From: Lama guanicoe
Taxonomy: Eukaryota
DNA: 64,000 nucleotides
Direction: 5' to 3'
Assembly (NCBI GenBank): GCA_013239625.1
Contig: MU053881.1
Coordinates: 7,277,957 to 7,341,956 of the forward strand
Positions 1 to 12,399 of the stretch are shown one piece after another. The translations under genes were made by a program, and so were the position numbers. Below the pieces are notes generated by a model. The model was not told the DNA's origin. It saw only the letters and a list, made by a program, of their open reading frames with translations, and did no database searches. Position 1 is the first letter of the stretch, and every line of letters begins with the position of its first letter.

Positions 1-870
1 ATTTACAGCCTAAATTCCTATTGCTCACGTCTATCACCCCTACTCCCGAGGTTTCCCAAATATATGATTTCTTCTTGCCTCCTCCAGGGTCCTCAATCCA
101 TGAAGAGCAACCAAGAGCTTGGTTTTCTCACTGCCAGACTAAGCCGAGTTCCAAGGTGAGGGTGCCTTCACCACTGGCATCTTGATGCAAACCTCCTTCT
201 TCTCTCAGCTGGCCTCCAAAGCAGCGTCCCAACTGGTCCCCCACGTGCACGATGCCCTTTCCCTTCCACCACGTAACAGCAAAAGCAATCATTGCAGAAT
301 TCAGATCTGACCCACGTCGCACTCTGGCTGTCACAATCTGGCTTCCTGATCCACTTAGGAAGTAAGACCGGGTCTGTCACTATGGCCCAGAAGGTCCCAC
401 CTGGCTCTCCTGTGCAAGCCCCCATCACAGGCCCTCTCACTGTCTGCTCTACAGTCACACTGAGTCACCTTCAGGTCCTCGGAACTACCATGCCCACACT
501 CCCTAAGGGGTCTGCGCACACTGTTCCTTCTGCCTGGAATAATCACCACGCCACCCTCCCTGCCCAGTTCCTAGTTCTGTTGGGGTCTCCCAGGCAAGGC
601 TTTCTACGACTGCCATCACCACTGCCCCAGGTCACACCAAATACCTCTCTCATACACTCACCTGGCACCAGGGACCCCCTCCATTAAAGTCCTTGGCACA
701 GCTGTCCCTGCACATACATTTATGTCATTCTTTGATGAATGTTTTTTTCTCTCATTAGCCTATTGTCTTTCAAGGTAGAAATCCTGCCTATTTTTGCTCA
801 TCTTTGTACACCCAGCACTTAACACAATGGGATTCAAATATCTGTTGCAGGATAAATTAACGAATGAATG
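1..870 (+). mobile_element. L2 LINE 3' region (degenerate)
   Basis: Ends in a typical L2 tail: cccagcacttaacacaatgggattcaaatatctgttgcagg...gaatgaatg. Confidence 0.65.
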
Positions 871-2859
871 GAGTCAATGGAGAGACAGGAAGAAATGATT
901 CTCAGTTTTTCCCCTCATCTATCAGTCCTCACATGAGGATGGTCCCATTGGTGTCTACAGCCTCCAACTGTGCCCCCAGGAGCACCCAGCCTCCCACTGA
1001 TTAGGGCCCTCAGCAGCTAATGTTGCCAGGGCTTCCTATTTCTCTGCGGTCCGCATGGCATTCAGGACCCAAGAGCATCAAGCCACTACCGTCCTCCCTC
1101 ACCACATTTATCTTGAGTATTGACAGCCCAGCTTAACCTTGTTTCAGAACAAATTGCCATCATAATTAAATCCCAATGCATTTTGCACATTTTACCAAGA
1201 TACTGCCTTCCTGTATGAAACAGAAAATTAGTTTTGAAATTAAAGCAGATTGTTAACTATTTTTTGCTGTAATGTTTCCATTTAAATGCCAGGATTTATA
1301 ACATGATGACCTAGTCCATTTCAGACAAAATGCAATTTAAAGGAGACAGGGTCTGTCTAACCAAAGAAGCGTTTTGGGCAAAGGATTTTGTCTTGGCTTA
1401 AGCCACAGCTAAAATGAAAACGTAGCAAGCATCACACCAAAGAATTATTTGCTCCGAAGCAAATAAAAGCTTTAGTATCATGGATGCCTTTTCACAGATT
1501 CTCAGAATCCATAACTATGGTATTAAATTCCACTTCAGTGAAACCCATATTTTTTTTTCTTCTGGCAAAACCTCAATATACATTTCTTCAATCTTCAGCC
1601 AAACACAGTGACCTCTCATCAGTGCCTGTGCTTGGTCTCCCAGGTAGCACACGCGATGTTGTGATACCCTGGTTATGCTGACAGAGAAGCCTTCTTCCTG
1701 CTGAGCCAAATGGGCTGAGTCATTTTAATTGCTGAAATCGAGTGGTTCACACGGCTCTTCCACCGAGCACACCGAGCCCCAACAGAACCTAATCCCACAT
1801 GCAGAGCTCCCACGTGGGTGACAGATGAGAAAAGTCATGCGTTGTTGTCACTGGTTTTTGTTTGTTTGTTTGTTTCAAGGTAAAAAACAATATGCTTTCT
1901 GTGATCAGGGATCAACGAGAGCAAAATCAAAGCTGCGCAAAGCATCAGCGTTTGCAAACGCAGACCACTGACCCGACTGGAATTCCTGGAACTGACCCCT
2001 CCTTCTCCACTACTACGCATACACCAGCTCCAAGGAATCTTCTCAGATGAACCTCAGCCCATAATCACCTTTTTTTTTTTCAATAAACAGTTATGGGATC
2101 TCTTCTCTGTGCCAGGCAAGAAAACTACAGACGGAGCCTTTGCCTCACAGAGCTTACTACGGTCCAGTGAGGGGCGGGGACGGACTCTAACAATGAGCAC
2201 ACGTCCTTCTCTGAGTTGCCTACCCGGATGTCATGCTCTTTGTGCCCCCACCTCCTTCTGACTCTCTTAATGCTGTCCTCGTCATTCTCTTATGATGATT
2301 ATTTGTCTTGAATTATAGCTATTTCACTTATCTCCCCCTTTCCCCACGTGGGTAACATGTTGTGAGAGTAGGAACTGCTTTCTTCCTCTTGTAAAGTCTC
2401 AAGCCCAGGAAGTCTTTGTTTAATTGAAGCAGAAGACTGTGACATTATGAGCCCTTGTCTGTTCCATGTCACTGCACTGGCCTTCAAAATCTACTTTTCT
2501 TACAGTTTTCCAGCTCCCTTGGATCCAGCCTCCTCTCAGCTGCTTGGGGATCTCTCTAAGACACATATCTGGCCGTGCCATTCCCAGCTTTTTTATCTCT
2601 TTTTTACCCCACCACCATCCAGAGCATAAAATTCCCCTCACAGCAGCAAGGTTCCTTACAATCTGACTCCAACCTGGTATGTATAGCCCAACTTCCTACT
2701 ACTCCACTTTTGCCTGTACCCAGCTCCTTAATTTCTAAAATGTCAGAGGATATTACATGTTAGTGATTTAGCATATACTGTTCCCTCTACCTAGGACACT
2801 GTTCCATGACCTATTTACCATGGGAAATAACTTTCATTTGAGGGGAATAAATAAACAGT

Positions 2860-3130
2860 AGGCTCATTATTACTAATCATGATAACAAAGGCTATAGTTT
2901 CTTTAAGTTATAATGGGCCATTATTAAATGTTTTGCTTCCATTATCTTATATATTCCTCAAAAATTAACATAAAGTAGCTAATGATTACCCCCATTTCCC
3001 AGAATAATAATTGAGGTTTGGAGGGAGATAAGTAATTCGTCCAAGTCGACAAATGTGAGATGGTGAAGGCTGGAGTTCTTTCAAGGTCTGCCAAACTTGA
3101 GAGTCTGGACTCTTAACTCCTCTGCTAGAT
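2860..3130 (-). mobile_element. MIR SINE inserted within L2 fragments (~2420-3410)
   Basis: Reverse MIR core: cccccatttcccagaataataattgaggtttggagggagataagtaattcgtccaag. An L2 tail follows at 3360-3410. Confidence 0.7.
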
Positions 3131-4389
3131 AGCAAGTTGCAATTTAAATGTCAACTCCTCTCTGCAACTTTTTCTGATCATTCCCCGCCCCTGCCATGGG
3201 ATTAGTCACTCCATCCTCCAAGTACTCGTGGTGCTTTGTACAGACTGCTGCTTATATTCTCTTGACATTTCTTTTGTCAACCCCTCACACTCATCTGCAC
3301 CAGGGAGCAAAGTCCTGGGGAACAGAAATCGTCATCTGCCTCCCTGGGAGTCTCCAAGTGTTTATCACATTGCCTGAGATGCTGTAAATGCCTCATATAG
3401 GTTTGTTGAATGAATTGGGAGAAAATATGGAGATGGAAACATCAAGAGGAAAAACAGTCCAGGGTAGAGAGACAGACCAGAGCAAAGACAGGAGTCTTGA
3501 CTGCAGCCCCTGATTTTCTGCATAATTTTGAGCAAGTACCTTCACCTCCATCCCCCACCTCTGCCTTTAAAATGAAACCATCTGCCTTTCTGGCTTCACA
3601 GGCTGGTTATGAGAAAAGTGAAATTATATACATGAGAATGCTTCAGTAAGTTTGACTATCTCATTAATTCCTATTTTTAAAGAAATAGTGTTTGAGGGTT
3701 TTTTTTCCCCCTGATTATAAAAGGAAAGCAAAAGCATTTTAGAAGAAGTAAAAACTGCATAAATGTACAAATCACGTGTCCTTGAAGCAGAAGACAGCAG
3801 TATTATTTTAGCTTCAGAACAGGGCCCTTGGGTCTGCCCTCTAGGAGGTGCAGAGAAGCTGGTGAGGGGCTACGTGTCTTCCCCTCCCTGCCCTTCAGGG
3901 CCCCATGATGGCTTTCTTATTGGTGCTGCTGTATTTCTACAATCCTTTCTCTATATTTAAGTCACAGAATTTCTTCACGTTATTAAAAATTTATCATAAA
4001 TATTTAATGGCTACACAAATGCATCCCTGTATGAATGCATCATGAACCTAGAAAAATGGGTTCTGAGTTTGAAGGATCATTTGATGGAATTGATTCCCTT
4101 GTTCCACCAGGGTTTCTCCGCAGGCAGCTCCCGTCCCTCCACAATGTTTCCAGGGAAGGCACCCCTTCTCCTGTCCGGGATTCATGACTTTGTGGCAGAC
4201 ATCTGGTGGCTGGTTTCATCTCAGGGTGGGGCTCTATTCACAGCCCAGCTGCAGCAACAGCTTAACAATAATTCACAAACCCAGGAGATCATCCCAAGTC
4301 AGGGCCATAAAATAAACAGTTTATAATCTGACTCATAACACCTGCCGTCAAAGCAGGGGGAAGGCAGTGGCACTGCAGGAGGAAGATAA

Positions 4390-4570
4390 GGGCTCTTATT
4401 AACCGAGGGTCTGCTATGTGTTAAGCCCTGTGCTGAGAGCCCTGCGCATCCGTTTTCACTCAGTCCTCACCATGGGATTGACAGGTAGGTAATAACCATC
4501 ATTAGCCCCATTTTAGAGATAAGGAAACTGAGGAGCAGAACTGTGAAGTGAAGAGACTTCCTAGCTACAG
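4390..4570 (-). mobile_element. MIR SINE
   Basis: attagccccattttagagataaggaaactgagg core. Confidence 0.8.
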
Positions 4571-5396
4571 AATAAGGTCACCTCACTCCTTAAAAAAAAG
4601 AGGACCAGTTCCCAGCCAGTAAAATCCTTTCAAACTCCATACCTTGTGCCCCAACAGCCACAGCCCTTAGAGAGCAATGCTGGGTGCGAGCGTCCTCAGT
4701 CAATGCCCAAATGGAAGACATTCTACAGTGTCCAAGGTTCTCCAAGGACAAGAAGAGACTGGCCTCTCTTCTAGTGCCAGGAAATAGGACAGGAGACACA
4801 GCGGAGTCTAACATTTAAGAACACACTTAAAATTACATGTTCAAAGTCAGATATGTCCAGCTCCACTAACAGAAGCCAATAGGCACTGAGATAGCTGGAG
4901 GCAATTTCATTAGGATAATGACGCACTGGTCATGCATTTCCTGGTACGCACTGTATGATTCCCAAACTTGGTCTCTGCTTCTCCCTCTCCGGGTGCTGAC
5001 AACAGCAGCCCCTGGGTGGCCAGTGGGGGCCCCAGCTTCGCCACAGCCTGAGCTCAACTCCCCCTGCAGAAGCACAAGGCATGTTACTGAGCCCACGTGT
5101 GGAACTGTCACGGAAGCAGCGTGTTTATTTTCTAGGAACACGCTTTCCTTGTAGCAAAGATTTGCTCGATTGGGTGGGCCAGGGAGAAGGCAGTGGTTGT
5201 TTCAAAAAATTTAGGAATTTCATATTTCTTCTCAGTGCCCATCGCTGTGGCTCATTATAGAACAAAAGGAAGGCTTGGAGAATGAGACTGGCTTTTTTAA
5301 TGCTCCATCTCTCACACTTTAATCTGTCTAAAAGAATGCTACTACATGGGGCTGGTAAAGTATTGGGGAATTTTACATTAAAAAGAAAAAAGTTCC

Positions 5397-5486
5397 ACTC
5401 AGTTAAAAAAATAAAATAAAATAAAATAAAATAAAATAAAATAAAATAAAATAAAATAAAACAAAATCAATAAAGATTTAAAAAAA
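5397..5486 (+). mobile_element. Extremely 5'-truncated retroposon remnant with (AAAAT)n tail
   Basis: Identical 17-bp direct repeat aaaaagaaaaaagttcc at 5380-5396 and 5487-5503, TT|AAAA target, and an A-rich insert. Confidence 0.8.
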
Positions 5487-5599
5487 AAAAAGAAAAAAGT
5501 TCCTTAAGGGAAAGCCTAACATGAAATAAATCTTTTCTCAACTTGTTTTTTGAATCAGAATTCTTTTAAAGCTAGACATTAATTTGGGTGCTTCCAATT

Positions 5600-5860
5600 A
5601 GCTTTGTTCTTTTCACTCATTCAGTCCTGCGGCTTGGATGAATGCCCCTGCTACGTGCCATGCTCGGGTCTGATAAACAGAACTGCCAAGATAAGAGGAC
5701 ACGGTCCCTTTCCTCAAGGATCTCAGTCCACTGTGAAACATAGACAGGGAAAGAGAAAATTCCGCTATGACAAGGTAATGCTGTAATCGAAAAATGGACC
5801 AAGGACATTGAGGTCACTGAAGAAAGAGGGTCTTGAGGATTGGGAGAAGGTTTTGCAGAC
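5600..5860 (-). mobile_element. L2 3' end
   Basis: tcactcattcag...tgctacgtgccatgctc...cacggtccctttcctcaagga pattern. Confidence 0.65.
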
Positions 5861-6369
5861 CAGGGGGATGGGCATAAGGCAAGAAATGCTGCTCCCTCCA
5901 ACAATCCCTTAACCTTTCTTCTCCACCTACTCACATTTTTCATGTCACTCAAGAACTAGACCCAGTTCTACAAAATCGACCTTGATAACTGACTTCTGCC
6001 CATATAATGCTACAGGTTCCTTGGAAGTTGAGGTACTAATCCATTTGGTTTTTTTTTTGCATATATATTTTAGGCCAAGTATTCCTTGATATGCAATTAC
6101 CAAAATCCTTATCAAAGCAAAGCTTCCCCACCCACTGGATACAAGCACCGTTTACATTAACCGTATCAAGCAGCTGCCAAGTCACCCCAAGCTAATGACG
6201 CCATCTTTCAGTCACCAACTGGAACCTCGGGGCTCTTGTATAATGTTAATTTTCTTTCTTAACTGATCTCCCTCTAACACACACACATACACATACTTAT
6301 TTACTCTCTCAGGAATTTTCGCAAATTAATTTTATCTCAGGGAAACAATTTCCCAGCTATGTCTATTGA

Positions 6370-6580
6370 AGTGCTGAAGACGCCAGCTTTGAACTCTGTA
6401 GATTTGGGTTTGGACTCAAGCTCTCTCCTTCCCGGGTGTGTAATTCTGGACAAGGGGCTTAAGCCCTCTGATCACTGTTTCCCCTTTGAGAGGGGACCAT
6501 AATTTTGTCAACCTCACAGATTAAATGGGATCATCTCTGGCACAAAACAAACACTCTGGAAATGTTCACTCATTATCACC
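6370..6580 (+). mobile_element. MIR SINE
   Basis: ctttgaactctgtagatttgggtttggac...gtgtaattctggacaag...cctcacag. Confidence 0.6.
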
Positions 6581-7819
6581 GACACATACAACCTCTGAAG
6601 AGAATGAATACATTCTCCTCCGTCCACCATTCCTTTTAGATTTGGTCTAGTTACTCAATAACAATTCTTTTTCCTCCCTTACTCTCCTAGCTTAGTCATG
6701 TCACAAAGATAATAAGAGCAACACCTGCATGAGGATAAAGCAAGTAACATACAGTAAGGAATAAGAGGATGGTTTCTATGCAAATAAAACAGGTAGCAGA
6801 AATCTTTCATGCCTTCAGCAGGTATTCCTCGAGCTCATCGTGCACGCCAAGGAACCAGTGTGTCTTCCAGATGCAGAAGTGATGAAGACAGGCAACGATC
6901 TGCAGTTGCTAGGAAGGACGCTCTCGTGACAGGATCATGAGTACATGAGGGAGGTTCAGCTTGAAGAGAGCAGAAGGACCCCTACTCGGCTGAGTGGAAC
7001 GTGGGTCAAGACATTAAAGATGAAGAAGAGTTTGTGAGGGGGAAGGTCTTGGAAAGAAAGGTAAGAGGGGTATGTTCTAGGGAGAGAGAATGGCCTGCAG
7101 GAGGATGCAGAGGAGAAAGGCAGCATCCTGGGACCAGGAGAGCAGTTCCATTGAGTGGGTGCAAGTGTGGGAGGTAAGGGGCACTGGGGAAAGACACAGT
7201 CCCCGAATGGGTACCTGAGAGCCCTGGTGAGCACGTGAGCCTTCATCCTCGGCCACTGGGGGCCACTCATGCTTTCTCTCCAAGAAGGTGCCACCTTTTA
7301 CGACCATGTTGGCTACAGAGTGAAGAATTTGAAAGGGACAAGAGAGGAAGCCGTTGTCTTATGAGAAGATGTAGCAATGGCAGACTAGTGGCATTGGTGG
7401 TAGAGAGAAGCACTTGGACTTGAGAGTCCTTTAGACCCAGCGTGAACGGAACCTGGAGATGAGCTGGATGTGAAAGCAAGAGACTCTCTCCACCCAAAAC
7501 TCTGTAGAATCTCCGTGTTTCCATTCTAGCTGGCTTCCTCTGTTAAACCTGCTATTTTGTAAGTACCAACATTCAAGTAGACAGAAAATTCTTCTGATTT
7601 TTTATGGGTTTTTAAAGGTTCAGTTACCAGAATTGAGGAGAATGATCCTAAAGATACTATCGTCATCATAAAACCACCAAAATTCTTAAAATTTCTGAAA
7701 GTTACCACATAGGTCACCCTATTGGATATCACGCTCTAGGCAGGGCAGCAACTGAATTTAAGGTGCTCACTATTACCTTTAAAATATTTGATGATTAAAT
7801 AGCAACTTAAGGTATGGAC

Positions 7820-8060
7820 AGTGCATGCTGTGTGATTTAAGAGCAGGGACTCTAGCAATAGCATGGCTTGAGTTCAAATCCTAGTTCCTCCACTATTAAG
7901 CTGTGTGGTGACTGACAAATTGCATAAGCCCTCTGTGCCACAGTTACCTCAGGTGTGAAACATGAGTACCCAATGCAGGCTAAGTGACGTTAAACCCATA
8001 TGGCACCCAGCTTCCTGCCTGGAACACAGGACATTTGCTCAACAAATGATATCTTTATTA
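7820..8060 (+). mobile_element. MIR SINE
   Basis: gatttaagagcagggactctag...gagttcaaatcctagttcctccact...ctctgtgccacagttacctca. Confidence 0.8.
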
Positions 8061-9014
8061 TAAATATTCCTTTTTAACAAGCTGTGGAGTCACTGTGAAG
8101 GTCAAGAGTCAACCAGCCACTTCTGGCTGGGATCTCCGCCTCCTCAGGTCCTAGAGTGTCCTCACACGTGCTCTCCATGGGACGGGGCTGGGTGGAGCTG
8201 ACGCTGCCTGGCTGTGTCCCCTGCACAGGCCTCTGGAGTCTTCGGGTTCACAGTGCAGCAGAGAGCGACCATGTAGGTGGGCCACTGGCCATCTGCCATT
8301 TACAAAGTGAAGTCAGAGCTTTGGAACCCTGGCTCTTTGATGACTCAGGCATTTTCTGGAGTCTTCAGCGCTCTTGTGAGGTGAAGCAATGGAGGATGGA
8401 ATGATTTCCACTTTCTTCTTCCTTTTTGAATAAACTGCTCTGAAATTCTGAAACTGGAATCATGCCAATTGCATACCTTTATTTAATCACTCAAAAGACT
8501 CTTCTGCGAAAACTGGGGTAATTAGGCCCAAAATATATCACCCAGAGGCTTATTTTAACAACCCAAAATAAAAGCTAGAGCCCAATTTGAACAAAATCAC
8601 CAGATCTTTTCTCTTCCAAGAACTTCTGGAGGTTCTTAGGTTCCCTGATTGATTCTCCCTGTGGGACTGTCCATCCCCAGCACTGGGGAGGCCAGAGGCA
8701 GGGGACAGCCTTCTCTAGAGCTGTCAGCAGCAGGATTCACTGGCCAGAGGCCGGGGAGCGGGGATGAGTTCCCTGACACTCCCCTCACCTGCACATGCAG
8801 GCCTGGACACCTTTCCTCACACTCCAGGACCTGTGAGACAGCACAAGGTCCACGTGGGCTGACAGTGGACATCCCTGGGTTCACAGCCCATCCTGCTCCT
8901 AGCTGTGTGACTTTGGCCTTGATGCTTTCATCCTCTGAAGCTCAGTCAGTCTATTTTCCTGAACAGTGGAAGAGGATGACACTTGGCTGTGAGGACTCAA
9001 AGATGAGCTCCAAT

Positions 9015-9182
9015 CACACTACAGGGATTTTCAGTCAAATGTACTTTTTTTATATTTTAGCAATCTCTGAAGATTATAATCAATGCAACAATAAAACCAC
9101 AGTGTCACAATATGATGGGTAGCATATTCTTTTTCTAATGGGCACATTAAATCATGGTGCGTCTTACATTTGATAAAATAGG
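9015..9182. mobile_element. MER104-like TcMar-Tc2 MITE
   Basis: tattttagcaatctctgaa and aaatcatggtgcgtcttaca...tgataaaatagg resemble recalled MER104 segments. Confidence 0.55.
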
Positions 9183-10824
9183 ACACGCAGCACATAGAAG
9201 CCATTACCTGCTAAAATGTAAGCTCTCAGATAATTGGCTTTTTCCATCGCGCTTCTGCTTTTACACCACAACCTTCTTAAAGGAACTAAGAATACACGGG
9301 AAGGGAATATCTGATATACAAGAGCTTTCAGGTTGGATCAGAGAAACACCACGACTTCAGTCAATACATAATATTTGCAAGAACCTTGCATACGTCACTA
9401 TTCTCCAATCTCTTATGCTTGCGACAGACATCACTAATCAATTCAGCACTTCTTCCCACTGAGCCAAGATGCAGCCTCGGAATCTTTCTCAACATAGTGC
9501 AAAAGGCAGCCGCTGCCAACCCACCAGAGTTGGTGCATGAAGTGAAATCTACTTTCTGTCCCTAGCTCAGGAGCTTGGGAGACTGGGAAAGAGCCCAGGC
9601 ATTGACCAAGTTAGGAAACTTAGATATACGAAAAAGATCTCAAAAATGATGGAGCTCATTGCACAGAAGAAACCAAGGTCTGCAGCTCAGAAACTTTCTC
9701 CTGCTCTCCCTTGTCTAAAATGTCCTTTCTACCAAATTGCGCTGCCTTTCTCAGCATCAGAGTCAACATCCTTGGTAACGTAAGTGAACAAATATTTATC
9801 TGACAGGTTAGACTCTGGCAAAGAGGGGAAGAGAGGGCAGCAGTCACGTAGAAGTTTTTTTGCATTTGTTTCTGTAAAATTTCCTTTTGCTCGTTTGTCA
9901 CCATCAACACTTCAGTGTTCAGGCAGATGAGCTACAGAAAAGATCAGGAATGGTGATTTCCAGCAAATGATAATTACAACGTGCTGTGCACGAGAATCGA
10001 TCCATCCCAGCCCTATGGTTCCTGTAATTTTAACAGCTAACACCTTTTATCACATTTCTGCTCCTACAAATAAGAAAAAAAAAGGTCACTATTTAATCCC
10101 ACATAATGATGTGAGAACAGCCAGCCACCCTACACTCAGTCGAGACCTTCTTGAGATTTCAGAGGAACAAGACATGTCTGGTGTTTGCTGTAAATATTGA
10201 TTGTTCAATATCCCCAAGTAATGGAAACTAACCAATAAAAATCATATCTGGAAAATTAAAAGTGATGGTTAGAATGGGGATCTCTCCTCCTTGTCAAATT
10301 TCAATTTGAAATTAAATTGGGGCCTTTGGCGCTAAGACAGGGACCTCTGACCTCTGAGTAATTACTTTCCAACATCATTTTCTTTAATTTGGAGGAGAGA
10401 GTTCTATTCTAAGAATTGCTGGAAAGGCCCACGCTATGAATATGAAGCTGTATCTCAGGAAAAGTCTGTTTATTTCTTCCTTCTAGTTCAGGTGTATCCT
10501 TGCTCCCAGGGAGTGTGCTTGCTGCACACGTCTAGTCCCCCCAAACTCAGCACTCGTCGTTATAATTACACCAGCAAACTCAAGAGTCATCGTGACTGAT
10601 GACACGGCTTGTGACTCAGAACCTCGGCAAGGTTCCTGGAATCCGCCCAGGGAGCAGGGAAAGTCTCAACACAAACTCCTTTCGCTGCTTCCACATTGTG
10701 AGATGTGGGTTCCCCGTATTTAGAGAAAGCGTTCCTTGAAAAAGGGAAAAACAATCTAAACTGGATGAAAAACAAATACAAAAATAGGAAGGTGTGGTAC
10801 AGCACAGCATTTTCAGGGAGTATA

Positions 10825-11290
10825 TCGCTCATTCATTTGCTCAACAAACATTTATTGGGTACCCACAGTAAGCCAGGCACCCTGCTGGGTGATAAGGATG
10901 AGTAAAACGTGGTCCCTGCCCTCAAAGGGGTCCAAAGAATGTAGGATGCACGAGCACAAAATCAGAAAATCACCTGGCAATGGAGTAAGTATGGCAAGCC
11001 CGATGACTGAGAGCGGACGGGGGCTCTGAGAGCAAACAGGGGAGCCAGGCGGGGACGGGCTGGGGCCAGGTGTGCTGGAGAGAGCGGGTCTTAGCAGTGG
11101 CGGTGGATGAGCGAATGGGAGGGGTCAAGGACAGCGCCTCAGTTCTAGGAGGTCAGCACCATAAGCTGAGATCATGAACATGAACACAGGGCGTGCGGAG
11201 GAGGCTCCAGGGGGCTGGTGATGAGTTGGGTCTGGGATACAGTGAGTTTGAAGTATTTGAGAAACTTCCCTTTGGAGGTCATGGTTTTCC
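10825..11290 (-). mobile_element. L2 3' end
   Basis: cattcatttgctcaacaaacatttattgggtacccacagtaagccaggcac...ggtccctgccctcaaagg. Confidence 0.75.
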
Positions 11291-11514
11291 TGAGGGCACA
11301 GACCCATGCCTAACTCATTTCTGAGTCTCCGTGCTGAGTACATAAGAGGCTCTCAGAAAATACTGAATAAATAAGTGTATATTATGTGCAAATGCTTCTC
11401 ATGTATCATTACATTTAATTCTCACAGCAATGAGAGAAGGTCTGTTACTACCCCATTTTACAGATAGGTCCAAGCTTCAAAAGTCTTAGGGTATAAGACA
11501 GGAGCTATATATAT

Positions 11515-12340
11515 GTCAGGTTCACAGATAAAAATGACTCAGAAAACGAGGCAGAGCATACAGAAAGATGCTCAATATCATTAGTCATCAGGGAAATGCA
11601 AATTAAAACCATAATGAGATACTGCCAGCATTGTGACGAATCCACTAGAATTATTAAAATCCAAAAGACTAACAATAACAAGTGGTGGTGAGGATGCAGA
11701 TAAACTAGAACACGTACACTGCTGGTGGTAAAATGGGAAAACAACTGGCAGTTTCTTATAGAGTCAGACACACACATCCCATGTGCCCCGGCAACTCCGC
11801 TCCTAGATTTCCACCCCAGAAAAATGGAAATATGTCTACACAAAATTTGTATGTGAATGTACATAACAGCATTATTCATGACAGCGAGAATTAGAAACAC
11901 TTCAAATATCTATCAACTGGAAATGAATAAACAGAATGCAGTATATAGGTCATACAATGTAATACTATTCAGCCATGAATAGGAATTAAGTAGTGATAAT
12001 ATCCTAAAATATGGATGAACCTCAAAGACCTTACACTAAAGAAGCCAGGTACCAAGGGCCTCAAATTGTATGATTTCATTTATATGAAATTTCCAGGAAA
12101 GGCAAATCTATAGAGACAGAAAGTAGATGAGCAGTTGCCTGGGGCAGGGGTGGGGAGTGGAGGAGTAGGGGTGGGACGGAGAGTGACTGCAAATGGAACT
12201 TTTGGGGATGAAAAATGTATTCTCAACTGAATTATGGGGCTGGCTATGTAACTGTATATATTTACAAAAACTTATCAAACTGAATACAACGGTTAAACTT
12301 TAACGTATGTAAATTATACTTCTGCGAAGCAGATTTCTTA
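11515..12340 (+). mobile_element. L1M (L1MB-like) ORF2 end plus 3'UTR
   Basis: aagatgctcaatatcattagtcatcagggaaatgcaaattaaaaccataatgagatac (ORF2 C-terminus); aggcaaatctatagagacagaaagtagat...gttgcctgggg (3'UTR). Confidence 0.9.
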
Positions 12341-12399
12341 ACAAAAAAGGAAGAGAGAGCTGGAGAGCTGTGATTTAGAAGAGATGAGAAGATCCCTAC

